From: Botryllus schlosseri
Lineage: Eukaryota
Direction of reading: 5' to 3'
NCBI GenBank assembly: GCA_051294905.1
Contig: CM119371.1
Span: 8,682,001-8,746,000, forward strand
Length of the DNA stretch: 64,000 bases
Shown here: one piece after another, positions 1 through 13,362 of the stretch
How positions within the stretch are numbered: the stretch's first letter is position 1
How the letters are laid out: each line of letters begins with the position of its first letter
Notes under the pieces: model-generated
The model's database searches: none
Seen by the model: the letters and a program-made list of their open reading frames with translations, nothing else
Told to the model about the DNA's origin: nothing
Position numbers and translations under genes: made by a program

Positions 1-181
1 CTTTATTGTGATGGAGAACTGGCATCACATTCTTTATTATCACACAAAAGGTACATATTTAATATATCCGCATCATTCATATTTTGCGACGTCATGACGG
101 GTGATACTCAATAACTCGACTCGACTCTTAATTCTCAATTCAAAATCTAATATCTCAGCTACTAGACTTTGCCCAGCTCTA
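1..181 (+). mobile_element. 3' part of a TAGGGCTGGGC-family hAT MITE
   Basis: Matches the right half of 16096-16735 (aaaaggtacatattt...gtgatactc..actcgactcgactc...tttgcccagctcta). Confidence 0.65.
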
Positions 182-697
182 AGGAACAAAACTCATCGAA
201 AAATATCAACTCAGGCTATCCGTCCATTCGTATCATTAACTTACTCTCGGCATCGGCGAATATGTTTGGCGTGATATCACTTCTGATATATTGTGGGCGA
301 GTGATGAAGAATCACTAAAGTCACCATCTGTTGACTTAATTTGCGCTAACTTCTTACCCGGTGCAAGTATTCCTCCGATCGGTATCCGCTGGCTAGAATG
401 TGCACTGTACACTGTGTACAGTTATGTCATCGGGAAACTACAGTGTTATACAATCCATGTACAAACAGCTTCAAGTGGTAAGTATCGTGCTAAATTTCAC
501 TAGATCGTTGCAATATAGCGGACCCGGGGCCTACGATACTTACGGCCTAATATAGCACATATTACACTTTCAGGATATAAGAGGCCGACAGTCACGAAAC
601 AGACATCATGATTGTTTTTACTTCGCTTGTCGACAATACCAGATGCCTCCAATTCTGAAGCGAAATGCAATCATTTTACTCTGCGAGATCCAGCTAG

Positions 698-1017
698 CAG
701 TGGTTCTCTACCTTTTTTTAAACACGCCCCCCTTTACGATAGTGAAAAATTTCGCGCCCCCTTATCGTAATATCACAAAATCCAACCGGGATGCTAGTAA
801 CCCAGGCAGAATTTTTGATGGCATGGGAGGTTATGACTGTTGATGAGAGAATTCAAAAATATGAAATTCGATCAATATATAAACAAACACGCGTGAATTG
901 GAGGTATATAAGTCGCGGAGAGCGCGAAATTTTTTTTCAGTTGACTGCTTCTTCGCACCCCCCGTCATATGCTTTCACGGTCCCCGTGGGGGGCGCACCC
1001 CCGGGTTGAGAACTACT
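698..1017. mobile_element. Charlie/Buster-type hAT MITE
   Basis: CAGTGGTTCTC...GGTTGAGAACTACT ends, flanked by a near-duplicated agctag. Confidence 0.7.
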
Positions 1018-1092
1018 TAGCTAGACGGTTGCATATGGTTATATGCAGCTGTCTTGACCTTCTTGTAATACAAGGTATAGGCTACTGTTACT

Positions 1093-1671
1093 CAGGGTTG
1101 TAACCAAGTCACATGGCTCCGAGTCACAAGTCAGTCTCGCTTTTATAGTTTTGACTCGAGTCAAGTCGAGTCATTTTCGATCCACCACCGAGTCAAGTCC
1201 GAGTCCAAGTCAGCGAGTCTAGTCCGAGTCATGGCATTATGACTCGAGTCCGAGTCCAAGTCATTGTCTTTGACGGCTCAGTTTCCAGTTAAATTATTGT
1301 TAACCCAATTTTTACAACTCTGTTTGGTGATATCGAATGGTTGGCATTCATAATATACTACGTTTCCTCACTTTTAGCAATTTCTGGTCGCATTTTCAGG
1401 TACCAGTACTAATAGACGAAATCCCAATAGTGTGGTAACTTTACCATTCTTCGAAGTTACAATGAAATGTCGGTCTTGGCCGTCTGAGTCTCGAGTCATA
1501 TGACTTGGTTCGAGTGATGCGCAATGACTCGAGTCCAAGTCGAGTCAATGCACAGATTGACTCGAGTCGAGTCGATTCATTTCCGAATTTTCCGAAAATG
1601 ACTCGAGTCAAGTCGAGTCATTAGAGAATCGTGACTCGAGTCGAGTCATGACTCGAGTCATTACAACCCTG
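1093..1671 (+). mobile_element. hAT MITE, GACTCGAGTC-repeat family (full length)
   Basis: TIR CAGGGTTGTAA/TTACAACCCTG, perfect 8-bp TSD ctgttact, subterminal GACTCGAGTC palindromes. Confidence 0.9.
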
Positions 1672-4112
1672 CTGTTACTGTGGCGTTGCGATTATGCTAT
1701 TCACATTTTGAGGCAAGGTTTTCGAGCTAGTCGCTAAGTTAAACTTTTTATTGAATGATGTCGTGATCAGCTAATACCATAGTAACAACTCTGTTCGTCT
1801 GCAGCGAAGATATGTTTAGCCTACGTTTTCACCATCCGATAGCATCGAGGTAGGGTAATTATGTAGTTGAAAATAATTCTTTATGTTGCAGTACTAAACA
1901 CACTAATATCGAGTTCATGGTGGTAATTCATGCGGATTTCTGACAGTGAATTTGGACATACTGCATGTATGCTCGAGGATTCAGGCTCGGCTTGATGTTT
2001 AATTGAAAGATATTGGTCAACAAATATTGTGTTATGGTTGTAAATCTGGATATTAGACTACTGAAAAAAGTTTCGTCGTTTCACTTTCCATTTGACGATG
2101 CGAAGTTACAAAAATTTATGATCATTTGTGAATAGGCGTGATTGGAAGCCAACTCTCAATTCAGGAATATGTGAATTGCACTTTCAATCAAAGTACATGA
2201 ACGACTATGGCTTGCGAAAGCGACTATGTTTAGACGAAAAACCAGTCCCTACCATTCGATCCAGGCAGGAGCTGCAACGGCATTCACTCGTCCCGAATGT
2301 GACTCCATGCAGAAAGCCACAAAGAAAGGGGTATTTCCGAAAGATGAGTTGGAACCTTTTCAAGTGCCTGATAGAATATACAGCTTATCAGATTCGATGG
2401 AGTCGCGCACTCTACAAGGCTTTAGCACGTAGGCTACAAAAGAGATAAGGATTATGTGATAAACTACCATATGGAATTAAATGAAATCCCGAAGGTTTCA
2501 AAGAGCATAAAGATTGGCGATAAGTTGCATGTGAAGTTGCAGTGTGATGGAAAGAATGTTCCTCTGCCTCCTCGGTTCACACAAGGCACTAATGCTACTC
2601 TGACCAAGTTCAGTGCTTTACCCAACTTCCCACAATATCCCTAAAATATCCGAGAAAAATCCGAGCACAATTTACTGGAAGAGCTTCAAAATCGAATATA
2701 TTACAATACATTTATTACAATACGTACAATACAAGGTAACACATATATTACATGCTCATATTCCATATTCATCTGAAAGGATTCGTTTTGCTCTATTAAT
2801 CCCGTACATATCTGCCCATGCTTATAGAATGCTTACGAGAAGCTTTCCATTTCCCTCAAGGTCAACCTTGAGTCGGTACAGCAAATGAAGTGTTGATGCG
2901 GTTGAAGTCCTTGGAATTTTGAAAAAAAGGGGCGAGATATCCCGAGATATAATGTTGATGGTGGATGAGATGTATTTACAGAAAAGTTTTCAATATCATG
3001 CTGGTAAATATTATCGAGCAGATGAAAGCGGTAACTTATATAAAGGTTGTAATAATGGTTGTAATGAACGGCCTACGAAAATCAACATCAAGCATGATGA
3101 AGGCACTGCCAGAAACCGAAATTACAGAAACTTGGTTAGCAGAGGAATTGGTGGATCTCAATCGCCATTGATTTGCTGTTCGGGGACTTGTGTCGGATAA
3201 CCATCCTCCCAATGCGAAAGCCCCAGGAAATGATGAGTCCTCTTTTCATCACCCAGCTAGCACACCCACTTGGTATCCAGGTGGAATTTAAGTGGTATGG
3301 ATAAACGGAATGGGTTAGTAATATGTGACCCACTTCGAAACCAAGCGAGATTTCCATCCATAAGATGCGTGGTTATACCATACCAATCCCAGGTAGATTG
3401 CAATAAGTCTCTTCTCATTGTACCTATCAATTTGAACTCGGGGGAGTTTTACTTGTTGAGTTTTTGTAATCAAATCATCTTGAAACATCTAGAAATCCAC
3501 TTATGGAAGAGCTTAGATTTCCAATATATCACCCACACAAAAACCAACCTTATTTTCCATCAATGTTATTTGGTTTATTTCATCGAATAATAAAGATGGT
3601 TCCGTATGTAGTAAAGTTTTCTACCTATTATGCGATCCCTGATGGTTGCTTGAACATCGAACATTAAAACCCTACCATGATTTACTTCGTCAATGTGATG
3701 TGAACTATTTAAAATTGGCCGTTTGTCACACTGAAGTGAATTTAAATTTCGGTTGCTAGAGTACTCAATTCCTCACAGCGTGCGTTATAATTTTCTAGCG
3801 TATATCCCATTACCTTTATCCCTTATCTGTATCTACTATATTTAACTCAGGATTAATTTTACTCGTGAAATTTCTGTGATCAAATAATTGGAACTTGTGA
3901 TTTTCGTCAATGAAGACTGGTCGATTTTCCATACGGCTCTCACATGTGACCGAGTAGTTTTCCGAAATAAATGCTTCTTTTATATTTTCTTACAGCAAGG
4001 TTTGTCCATCTATATAGTAAAGTCACATTATAATCGGTTTCCGATTTATTCATTTGCGATGATGGTCGCTGGGACATTTGCAAATTGAATTCCATCTCCA
4101 TATGAATTGAAA

Positions 4113-4175
4113 TCCGGTACTGGTGACGATAAGCGACTGAGAATCGGGCGGCCTCGGTTCGACTCCCGTCGGAGG
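4113..4175 (+). mobile_element. tRNA-like head (SINE or tRNA pseudogene)
   Basis: B-box GGTTCGACTCC at ~4156-4166 preceded by an anticodon-arm-like GCGA-CTGAGAA-TCG; A-box degenerate. Confidence 0.4.
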
Positions 4176-4339
4176 TTTGTCCGGGCTCCTCTTCTTCCGC
4201 CATGAGACCCGAGAATGACTCGACGAAAGAAAGCACTCGCAAGTTATGGAAATAGCTAGCAAGGGCCGTGGCCTCGAAAAATATTAACATCGAGAGTAAC
4301 TGTGACGGCGGGCGCTCTAAGCCGAGGTAGATGTCAGTC

Positions 4340-5647
4340 TTAAAATAAAAATTTAAAAATGCCAAAAATAAGCAATTTTTGGCATATGCCAAAAATAACA
4401 CGGCCAGCCAAATAGTGTATTTCGTTCATGGTGTTACGTTAACAGGACCGCGTTACAAGCGAGAAGAGCGTTTGTGAAAGGCAGGTTTCTTGATCTGGGT
4501 CCAGCCCACCCATTAGGGGTGAAAGCATGGTGTCCTAAATGGTGTGGGCACAGTGAGATTGAACGGCTGACTGCATTTGGTTTACGTCATACTTTCCATT
4601 TGCCCAAAGGCAATTTTACGACCATTTTTGACGGCTTGTCGAGCACTAAATTTGATAAAACGAGTATCAATGAGAAGCTGCCGCAGTACTGATTATTAAA
4701 ATATAAATTATATTCTGCTCATGGAACTGGAACCCCCAAAATCAACCACGATTTTTGCATTGTGATCGAGTTGAACATTGTGACGTAAGAAACTATCTGG
4801 CTATTTCTGAGCTGCATAGTGTCGTTTTGCCAGACAGTCTTGTAGCGTCAATGTTCTTAAACAAGCTAACCTTCCCAGGACTCTTCCATGCGAGTTGGTA
4901 ATATTAAAGCCACCTGAAGTGACAAAAGTCCTCCGAAAATATATCGGTAGACTGAAGGAGAAATGATAGTCGGGCTACTAAATAGAATGTCTTAAGAGAC
5001 AACACAGGAAACTCCTGGAAAAGGATCGGGAAGAAAATTCTTTCCGCGATGAGATCGATGGCACTGGCGAAGTGATCTCTTTTCATGATGCATGGAAGCC
5101 AGTTCGGCCCTCCAACGATTTTGAAGCTCTGAAAACCTTTTGTGGATGGCTGGCAACATTCTTTCCCTCAACGGCTACTGTTGAAGCCGATATTTCCCAG
5201 ATTCGCTGGGCGAGAAATGAATTTAGGAGAAACTTAGCTGACCTGAGTTTGGAAGCACTGTTACAGTGCAAACGATTTAAGTCTATTCAACAGCTGTAAC
5301 AATCAGCTGTTGAGAGTGTTTTTTAGGCTTTTCTTTCTCTTTTTTTGCTTACTGGCACCGATTCCGATGGATACTGCACATTTTGTGGTTTCGTTTGATA
5401 TTATTAACCTATGAAATCGTTCGGTTTTTTCTTCTTATTGTTTGTTGGCACTGATTATACGTGGATGCTGCACATTTTGTGGTTTCTTTTGACAAACTAG
5501 CCCAAATAAAGCGTTTTTGTGACTAATTCGATGCTGAAACTATCTATTTAGAGGACGATGCCAAAACTGCCAAAAATAAAAATCGAAAAATGCCAAAAAT
5601 AAGTTATTTTTGGCAGTTTTGGCATATGCCAAAAATAACACTGCCTG
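4340..5647 (+). mobile_element. hAT-like transposon remnant with transposase C-terminal fragment (5072-5299)
   Basis: Peptide FEALKTFCGWLATFFPSTATVEADISQIRWARNEFRRNLADLSLEALLQCK resembles the hAT C-terminal dimerisation segment. Both ends carry TTTTTGGCATATGCCAAAAATAACAC palindromic repeats. Boundaries approximate. Confidence 0.6.
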
Positions 5648-6736
5648 GTCTTATCGCAATGTACATTGTGTGTGTCTTGTTCAGTTGAAAATATAACTCA
5701 ACGAGTACACAGTGATGACGGCCTCACTCACCCATCGTAAAGGTTATTATATACTCGGATTGCCGTATATATTGGTTTGAGTGAGTAGTGGTAGCAGGTA
5801 TGTACTGTACAGTATACAATGTTAAAGTTAAATGACGTGTAGGGTAGGGTTTACCTAACATCGCCTTAGCACATGTCTACGGCGAATTCTCGGCCCGCTT
5901 ACACTGCCACTGCTACTGCCTCTGCTACAAGGACCGGGGCCGTAATATTATCTTCGCTACCAGCTTAGTGGGTTACCCACATGGTTCCCCATAAAATACC
6001 TCTGTAATATGGGGCCAAAAAGGTACGGGTCCCGATTGGTTTCCCCACCTGGTTACCACAATTCATCTCACCTTGATACCTTGTGGTACCAAAGTAGGCG
6101 TGCTACCAGGGCACCCATCCTGCGCCAAGAAAACGTATCTATTTTTCGATACTGTACAGTGTACAACTGTACATCTTGTAACGAACACACGAAACAATTT
6201 ACTCCGGGCCAAGAAGTTTGTTTTTCCTCCATACTTTAAGTATATCAACTTTAAGTATATCATCGCCTGGTGGATTCGGTGCATCCAGCGATCTTCACAA
6301 GATCAGGAAATGTGATGATAAGCCGGATTCGAATTTGCATGGAGCGCCAAAATTGACATTGTCCTCATTGCATCCAAGCAATAACAAACAGAATGTCAAC
6401 TCAGCTCTTGCTCCATTCCACAAGTCAACTATTGGGGTTTGCAAAATTTACTAGCCTCACAGGGGAGATATGGCTTCAAATTTGAGCCTTATTAATGCTT
6501 GGTAGACAATCGTCAATTCTTGTCAGAGATTTTCAGCAAACCCCTTGGCCAAAGCAAGTGGTCCCGCAAAATGTAAAAATTTATTTTTTTACACAGACAT
6601 TGCTAATTGGCTTATAAAATGGAATGAATATAACCCCAAGAACTATTGGCTGTCAAGGCAAACCTTCAAAGCTCCGATTAAAGCCCTGCAGTCGCAGTTA
6701 CTGCATATGCAAGATCTGTTAGCAGAGGGGTATGAA

Positions 6737-8023
6737 CAGAGGTGGTCAAAGTAGTCAAGAAAGCTACTCAAGTAGAAGTAAAAGTAGCGATGAAAAATCT
6801 ACTCAAGTACGAGTAGAAGTACTTCTTCTATAAGCAACCTAAAACTATTTGAAGTTGAAGTAGAATTGACTGACTTGAAAAGTACTCAAGTAAGTAAGTA
6901 GTTGTGAAAACGATCCTAATTCGTTCACATGGATTGTAAAAAGGTGCATATTCAGCTATGCGAAAGGTGACGAGTTTATTTATTCATATTGATGCATACC
7001 AGCAGGTATCCAATTTTCGATAGCTTAAGCATTCGTCCACATCATGGGATGAAAATGATAGTATTGATATGGAAATGCGATACTTATCCTCTGTTTTCTC
7101 GAACAGCACGTTTTAAAAAATAGCATGGTATGGCGCCATCCCCCATATTACAAGGTCCGTAGTTTAGTCAAAAAGCAATACGGAGAAGTTGTATAGGATA
7201 CGGTGTAAACACGTTATGTGATTAGTTAACGTTAATAAAAAATACGGGGGACCCTAAAAATGCCATAGTGTGTAGCTTTATTTCCGTAAATTAAAGGTAC
7301 TACTGCACTTGCTTTTATACTTCAACATGTATTTTATCCAGACAAAAGAACTGATATTAATTATACCTGAAAGTATAAGATACTTGGAATTGAAAATGAA
7401 ACATAAATACTACTTTTAAAAGCGGAACATGTTTTCATGCCTTTAGTACAGAAAGTTTCAAAGGTGGCATGCTAAAACAGCTCGAAAACTAACAAAAAAA
7501 AGTAAGAGTCCGCTTTTCCAGGTTCGGGCTCGCCATGAACATGCTAGATTACGAAACATCAGTTTCAAACGTTATGATGAGCCATATATACTGTGATGAA
7601 TTATTTCATATGGGCGAAGGGCGACAATGTGAAGTGAACGCAGGGATATATATGTGGACGGAACCAAGCCTACCAGCTACTTAAATTATATTTATCGATA
7701 CTTTCGTGAAATTATGCCGGTAACTTCGCATCCACTGCGCGCGACGAAAATTTTGGGCTTTAGTCAACTTTTATGAAAATAAAATGTTGATAGTCCGTGA
7801 AAACAGCCCCGAAATTCCTCAGACCATCTTCCTGATTGGAAGATTAAACTACTTCTACTTGACAAACTGAAAATACCGAAAAGTAAGTAAGTAGATCACA
7901 AAATATTACGAAGTAGAAGTAGAAGTCGCGAAAATCATATCTGATTGAGTAAATGCCAGAAGTAGAGGAAAACTACGTGAGTACTTCGAAAAAGTAAAAG
8001 TACTGCGTTACTGACCAACTATG
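6737..8023. mobile_element. Non-autonomous hAT (Tol2/Ac-like ends) inserted in the P-element ORF
   Basis: Ends CAGAGGTGGTCA / TGACCAACTATG, AAGTA subterminal repeats, TSD ggtatgaa/ggtgtgaa. Excision restores LAEGYE-YVIPKKFQSD. Confidence 0.85.
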
Positions 8024-9096
8024 GGTGTGAATATGTGATTCCCAAAAAATTCCAAAGTGATTCGATTAAAAGAAGGTTCTCGCGGTATAGGCAAATGAGT
8101 GAGGGGAGATTTTTGGTTGGTTTAACGGAAGTTACCAATTCTGAAAAGATAATTCTGCTCCGTTTCATCCTAAAAATTGATGTAAACTACTGGGAGAAAG
8201 ATATTGGTGTTTCAAGTTCAACTCATTTTGATCATTTCAAACAAGTCATTGAAGATGTGGCGATTGAAATTACCGAATCAGTTCTATCTCCTGACAGGGG
8301 CGAAGAGGTGTCGTATGTTATTGCTGGGTACATTGGTAAGAAGGTCCTCGAAAAATTGTCTTGTCAGATATGTTATGAGTCGTTTTTTGATTAGTCCTGT
8401 GGCGCGAGCTCACGTTATCTCGAATTACTCGATCGTTGGTGACGGCTTGCTCCCTCAGAACCAGTCGCCAAGTTTGTTGCATACAGTTTTTCAATTCCAG
8501 ATGGTTCTGATAAAATATTATGCTCTCACCCCCGAGTCGCAGTGAGGGAAGCTTGTCAATATGTTTTGCATCGTTTTGGGGGACCGCAACTTTTGCATAT
8601 TGTGATCATAGAGATCGAGCTTTAAAATTGGCGAGCAAAATCATTGAGAACATAGATTACTATAACAAGCAAAAGCTGGGAAATGGCTCTGTGATAAAAG
8701 ATGCTGTGAGGGACTTTGAAAATCGGCAGTAGAGCACGACGTAGTTTGCTTACTACATTAATTCATTTCGCTTGCAAAACATCTATGGCTCAGCTTCGTG
8801 TACGTTTTTCAGAGTAGTTCCAAATAAATGAAATTTGATTTTCACGTGCTTCAATTCCTTTTACCATGCAATAAAATACTTTGAGATGCCCAAGTTGGGG
8901 ATTCTCGTATCATTGTCTTCTTCTGCGTTGGTGGATAAATACATTGCGACGCTGTTACTTGGCTCTTAAATGGCTTGTTTCATCTGAAAAGTACTTTCGC
9001 CTATTATACGACTTCATTAGACTCGTATGGCGAGGCGTCTGGTATTGAGAAGTGAGATCACAAACAATCATCGGGTCAGTCGTGATGTCCGTTTTG

Positions 9097-9634
9097 TGAC
9101 TCGAGTCACGATTTTATGATGACTCGACTTGACTCGAGTCATTTTCTCAAAATAAGGAAATTACTTGACTCGACTCGAGTTTATCCGTGTATTGACTCGA
9201 CTTGGACTCGAGTCCTTACGCATGACTCGAACAGAATCATCTGCGTCGAGACTCAGACGGCCAAGACCGACATTTCAAAAAATAGTGAAGTATCCACACT
9301 GTTGGAATTTCGTCTATTGTTACTGGTACTTGAAAATCCGACCAGAAACTGCAAAAATTGAGGAAAATTACTATATTATAAATGCAAACCATATTCGGTA
9401 TCACCAAACAGAGCTCTAAAAAGTGGATTTAACAAGACTTCAACTGGAAACTGGTCAGTCAACACAATGACTTTGACTCGACTCGAGTCATAATACTACG
9501 AGTCGGACTCGACCCTCTGCTCGCTGACTTGGACTCTAACTTGACTCGGTGGTGAATTGAAAATGACTCCAGTCAAAACTATCAAAGTGAGATTGAACCG
9601 GGACTTGGAGCCTCGTGACTTGGTTACAACCCTG
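9097..9634 (-). mobile_element. GACTCGAGTC-family MITE copy (inverted)
   Basis: Reverse-complement homology to 1093-1671; ends TTACAACCCTG. Confidence 0.8.
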
Positions 9635-9821
9635 CGTGTCAGTCAAGACATTATGTAACGAAAATCCAACTCAGAGCTCACATTTCTAAGACTCCTTGGA
9701 AAAACATTACAGGGGCGTACGTCCGACTGAAAAGAATAACATTCGTCTTTCCACACCCCGTCGTCTTTAACTTAAAAAGACGCAGAAAATCCATAAATGA
9801 CCGTTACACATCAATTGCTCC

Positions 9822-9827
9822 TTTATT
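9822..9827 (-). terminator. Probable polyadenylation signal (AATAAA) of paralog 1
   Basis: tttatt on +, ~490 nt past the stop, a spacing similar to the other paralogs. Confidence 0.45.
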
Positions 9828-10314
9828 TCATCAACTTGAACATTTGAAATAAGTCTTACAGGATAGTGCTAAAATTTGCAATACAACTCAAATTGAGTTG
9901 GCGGTTAGCGTTCGATTGAAAGAGTCATCGGGCTGATACAAAAAAGCCCGCAAAACATCATGAAAAGATTTCTTCGTCGATTACATTCACCCCATCTTCC
10001 AGGAGGATCAAATATGAAGTCCGCAAAACAAATTGATTGAATTACATGAAAGCACATTTGCACAATGCCACTATTCGGGCTGATAAAAAGACCGCAAAAC
10101 ATCATGAAAAGATTTCTTGTCGATTCAATTGACCCGTTCTTCCAGGAGGATCAAATATGAAGTCGGCAAAACAAATTGATTGAATTACATAAAAGCACAT
10201 TAGCACAATCACAGGTCACGCCTGAATCAAGAATCAGGTAGGACAACACGAATTAAGTTCAATGTCAAATGTTCGAGCGGAGAGCGGCACTCGTGAACAC
10301 GAGATAAGGTGTTA

Positions 10315-12899
10315 TCATCCACATTCTTCGGACTGGTACTGGGTCGATCCAACCACCTGAGTGAGGTTGGACACGCTCGTTGCACCGTTGTCGGAATCTT
10401 CCAGATAGCCCAACAGAACCATGAAGCCCCATATAATCAACGGAATGCATGCGCATGTCAACGCCACCTTCAGAACGAGCCAAGTACGCGAATTCAACTC
10501 GCCTTTAATGCTGCGATTGATCTTGTCATGGCGAGTTTTTTCGCTGATTGCGTCATCTGAAATAAAATGTCGCGACTGAAATATAAGCACGAAACGTTGG
10601 ACATTCGAAGTTTACCCCTTCCGACATTACCAGTCGCACAACACACTACATCCCAAGCGTCAGACAGCTCATATCAAACCGATACCAGGCGCTACAGTTA
10701 GAGTGCAGCGTGTACAATATGAGCTATGATCCAATTGAAGTGTGATATTTTATGTGGATACTGCGGCCGGTAACAGAATAAAAAATTGACCATGGATATT
10801 TTTCATTCAGGGAGACGTCTACTAACATTGCGGGAACAGCTGCGTACAGTGCAAATGTACATATAATCATGGACACCCGAACGATGAAAGTCGTGTTAAC
10901 ACTACTAACCCAGGCGGCTACTTGTCACTGAAGCAATTGCGCCATAATCCGGGCTGCTTAGACCTTCTTTGATTGTATTCTTCAATTGAGCCTTGGAGCT
11001 GCTCGAGCCATCCAGGACTCCCAAATCATTAGCCTCCTGGTTGGCCTGCTTCGAACTTCTCCCTTTGCCTTTGATTGTCTTCTTTTCTTCCAGTACACCT
11101 TGTGACATTCGAAGAATCGATTTACACAATGCCACAGCGACAATACGAAAATATTGAATATAGTTGGCATGGTGTGTTCGTAACCAAAGTTCTAAAATGT
11201 CCAAAAAATCGAGCAGACGGCACTCGCCGTACATTTTTCGGCTCGTTTGTACCGTGGGCCAAGGGCAAGAATTTAGCACGATCCATTTCAAGTGACGCCA
11301 TGATTAGTCTTAGCGATGAATGACCTAGGCATCTCCATATTGAAAATGTTATTGGATATTAATGAGCGCATTATATCCTAATGGCTACGCAGTGCGCTTC
11401 TGCGATGAAAGTTATCAGTGACCTTCCTAATTAACCACCATGGAAGAAACGATAGACCACATTGACGCTCTTCAACTATAGAAAGGAGTCAGCAGGGTTG
11501 TAATCAAGTCACAAGGCTCCGAGTCACAAGTCACTCTCACTTTTATAGTTTTGACTCGAGTCAATTCGAGTCAATTTCATTTCGTCCCCGAGTCAACTTC
11601 GAGTTCAAATCATTATGCAGAGGTTTGAGTCCGAGTCATGGGATAATGACTCTAGTCCGAGTCAAAGTCATTGTGTTGACTGCTCAGTTTCCAGTTACAG
11701 TCTTGTTAAACCCACTGCTATAACCCTATTTGGTGATATCGAATGGTTCTCATTTATAATACACTAATTCCCCTCACTCCTAATAGTTTCTGGTCGCCTT
11801 TTCAAGTACCAGTACCAATAGACAAAGCCCCAATTGGGTGGTTACTTTTCCATTCTTCAAAATTACAATGAAATGTCGGTCGTGGCCGTCTGAGTCTCGA
11901 GTAATATGACTTGGATCGAGTCATGCGCAATGACTCGAGTCCAAGTCGAGTCAATACACATATTGACTCGAATCGAGTCAATATCCGTATGTTTAGAAAA
12001 TGACCCGAGTCAGGATTGTTAAGTGACTGGCGACACAATCGAGAACTCCAAAGAACGTTTTGTACAAGATTGGGCGACATGGAACTATGTAGGAAGAATA
12101 TATCAAGTGTATAATGAATGGATCGGAACGCTCACTTACACCGGTAGCGTGCATTACAATTTTTGCCATGAAACAAAATGAATCGGCGTTACCGTCATTC
12201 GGATTCTTCTCAAGCAGGTCTCCGTAAACGACGCTCATATCTGGGGACGCGTAGTTGCAACCCTTTCCAAGTCTTACAGGCAGTCGTACACCTTTATCGC
12301 CGAATAGATCACACGCCAGATCATCCGGAACCTCCACTAAACAAAGTTTTGAATAGTGATTAAACATACAGGTTTGAACCGAGACGAGACAATATTTGAT
12401 CAATCGCAGCGTTAGGGCTTACTTGGCGAGGGTAACTGCGCTATGGAAACGCACCCAGTCTCGAATAAACTTGCATAGAGTTCAATAGCTAGTCGAGGCC
12501 TGGACAAAAGTCCGAACAGAACGATAAAACCATAATTTACACGGTCACAGCCCTGTAAAATAAGACATCTCTAGCCCTAGTAAAATTGCACTGCTGACGG
12601 TGACGGCCCTATATGTCAAATAACACTGCTGTTCCAAGGAATGTATCAGCAATAATGAGACCAACGAGCTTGCTTGAAAATCAGATTGACACTGTTGGGG
12701 TCAACAGATATAATGTCATATGAAATGTGGCAATTGGTTATATTATACATCTTCGTCGCTTTACAGACATCTGTAACCTATCGATATTGATCGTCTTACC
12801 ATCACGACCTGGAACAACGTCGTATCCGTCACCGCGGTCCTGTGCTGGATTGCCATGGCAAAGCTTGCCGGCAGATTGCTTCTTGGAGCTGATTGGCAT
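10315..12899 (-). CDS. Paralog 1 (most divergent) of a type-II single-pass membrane protein family with cytoplasmic ITIM-like motif; 4 coding exons, ~224 aa
   Basis: Exon A 12899-12800 (ATG; MPISSKKQSAGKLCHGNPAQDRGDGYDVVPGRD, donor G|gtaaga). Exon B 12336-12193 (tttag|, 144 nt, ...DMSVVYGDLLEKNPND, G|gtaacg). Exon C ~11098-10910 (acceptor uncertain; ...EANDLGVLDGSSSSKAQLKNTIKEGLSSPDYGAIASVTSSRL, G|gttagt). Exon D 10556-10315 (tttcag|; DDAISEKT...TM LVLKVALTCACIPLIIWGFMVLLGY...NLTQVVGSTQYQSEECG*). All junctions are phase 1 and homologous to the other three copies; AATAAA lies ~490 nt downstream. Confidence 0.7.
11493..12010 (+). mobile_element. GACTCGAGTC-family MITE copy (3'-truncated) in intron B-C of paralog 1
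   Basis: Begins CAGGGTTGTAATCAAGTC; colinear with 1093-1610. Confidence 0.8.
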
Positions 12900-13362
12900 T
12901 CCTTTTGCTCCGAATCGATTATCCCCTACGATCGATACTTACCCTTTATCAAAATGATGCGAACGGGAGCTTCACCCTGACTTATTACAACGGTAAGCCT
13001 GCGGTAATCCTGTAAATAGACGTCACGATTACCGAAGTTCTGGTGCGCGATGCCCGCACCATCACAAACCTGTTAAATGAAAGCCATTGATGGACGCCAG
13101 CAAATAAATAGTCAACCAGACGATAATGGGTTGATGATCATGAAACGGAAAATTAACCACTGATTACTGTGTGAGACAGTCGATGTTTCACGTAAATATA
13201 CGATTGACCTTTCGTATCCTATCACTCTGTATTGACCCCACATTGATGACCAACTGATGTGTTGGGCTCGGCATAACGACGCATGTACTCGAATGCGATT
13301 GTATTCTAAAGAACATGGACATAGATGAACATGAACAGCCCCTTTGATCAAACGACGTTATG

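Larger units (their letters stand above)
3252..6111. mobile_element. Non-autonomous EnSpm/CMC-like DNA transposon inserted in the P-element ORF
   Basis: Imperfect TIRs CCCAGCTAGCACACCCACTTGGTA / CCCTGGTAGCACGCCTACTTTGGTA with 2-bp TSD CA. Removing it restores the reading SFHHPSCAKKTYLFFD. Confidence 0.8.
2013..8732 (+). pseudogene. Decayed THAP-domain P-element (THAP9-like) transposase, split by two nested insertions
   Basis: THAP motifs (YGCKSGY, FHFP, NRRDWKP, ICELHF, VPTI). P-transposase motifs appear in order: SAHAYRML...FPSRSTL, LMVDEMYLQK, GLVSDNHP, YLFFDTV..HL..TRNNLL, APKLT...LHPSNNKQNV, FQSDSIKRRFSRYRQMS.GRFLV, YVIAGYIGKK. Many stops and frameshifts; the usual catalytic E position reads K. 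Element termini not identified. Confidence 0.9.

Noticed and set aside
1093..1671. GACTCGAGTC arrays as CRISPR-like or iteron repeats
   Set aside because: Spacing is irregular and they are bounded by TIRs and an 8-bp TSD, so they are hAT subterminal repeats.
3940..4401. 153-aa ORF with hydrophobic N-terminus
   Set aside because: It crosses TE repeats and an antisense tRNA-like head, with no paralog or motif support.
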